A stretch of 64,000 bases of DNA, taken from Strigamia acuminata. Lineage: Eukaryota. The notes beneath the pieces are model-generated. The model was not told where the DNA came from. It did not search any database and was given only the letters and a program-made list of their open reading frames with translations. The stretch is from positions 21,452,001 to 21,516,000 of the forward strand of contig OX442314.1 of the NCBI GenBank assembly GCA_949358305.1, in the 5' to 3' direction. This document shows, one piece after another, positions 63,870-64,000 of the stretch. The translations under genes and the position numbers were made by a program. Within the stretch, counting starts at the first letter, position 1. Each line of letters starts with the position of its first letter.

Positions 63870-64000
63870 GTGAGCGAAATCTTAATTACAATTCTAAGCT
63901 TAAGTGTTAAGGATACAACTGCATAAAACTTGCAAAATTTATAAACATTAATAACCCGTGTATTTGGTCGGAGATGAGTCTTTAACTTTTTTTGTGACCG

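Overview
AT-rich invertebrate (metazoan) genomic DNA with mostly short (55-160 nt) GT-AG introns; no prokaryotic features. (1) 0.6-22.8 kb: a cluster of 11 terminal exons encoding small single-pass membrane proteins. Most have a phase-1 signal-peptide exon, a tiny ectodomain, one TM helix, a juxtamembrane Cys cluster and C-terminal PPxYxx-hydrophobic (Nedd4/WW-binding) motifs. One locus probably has alternative terminal exons. (2) 25-38 kb: NUP37 (-), an unrecognised 6-exon ~200-aa membrane-protein gene (+), TCP11-like (-), three tandem 7SL/SRP RNA genes (-) in a 921-bp repeat, and a DEPDC7-like gene (+). (3) 41.7 kb to the window end: an ODF3/CIMAP1 (SHIPPO-repeat) gene with a probable short isoform, followed by at least 37 tandemly duplicated 108-nt phase-1 exons of two types with higher-order repeat structure. 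Many MITEs (Tc1/mariner-pogo, hAT, PIF/Harbinger, long-TIR types) sit in introns and intergenic DNA. All gene models were spliced by eye and family calls come from recalled sequence similarity, not database searches.
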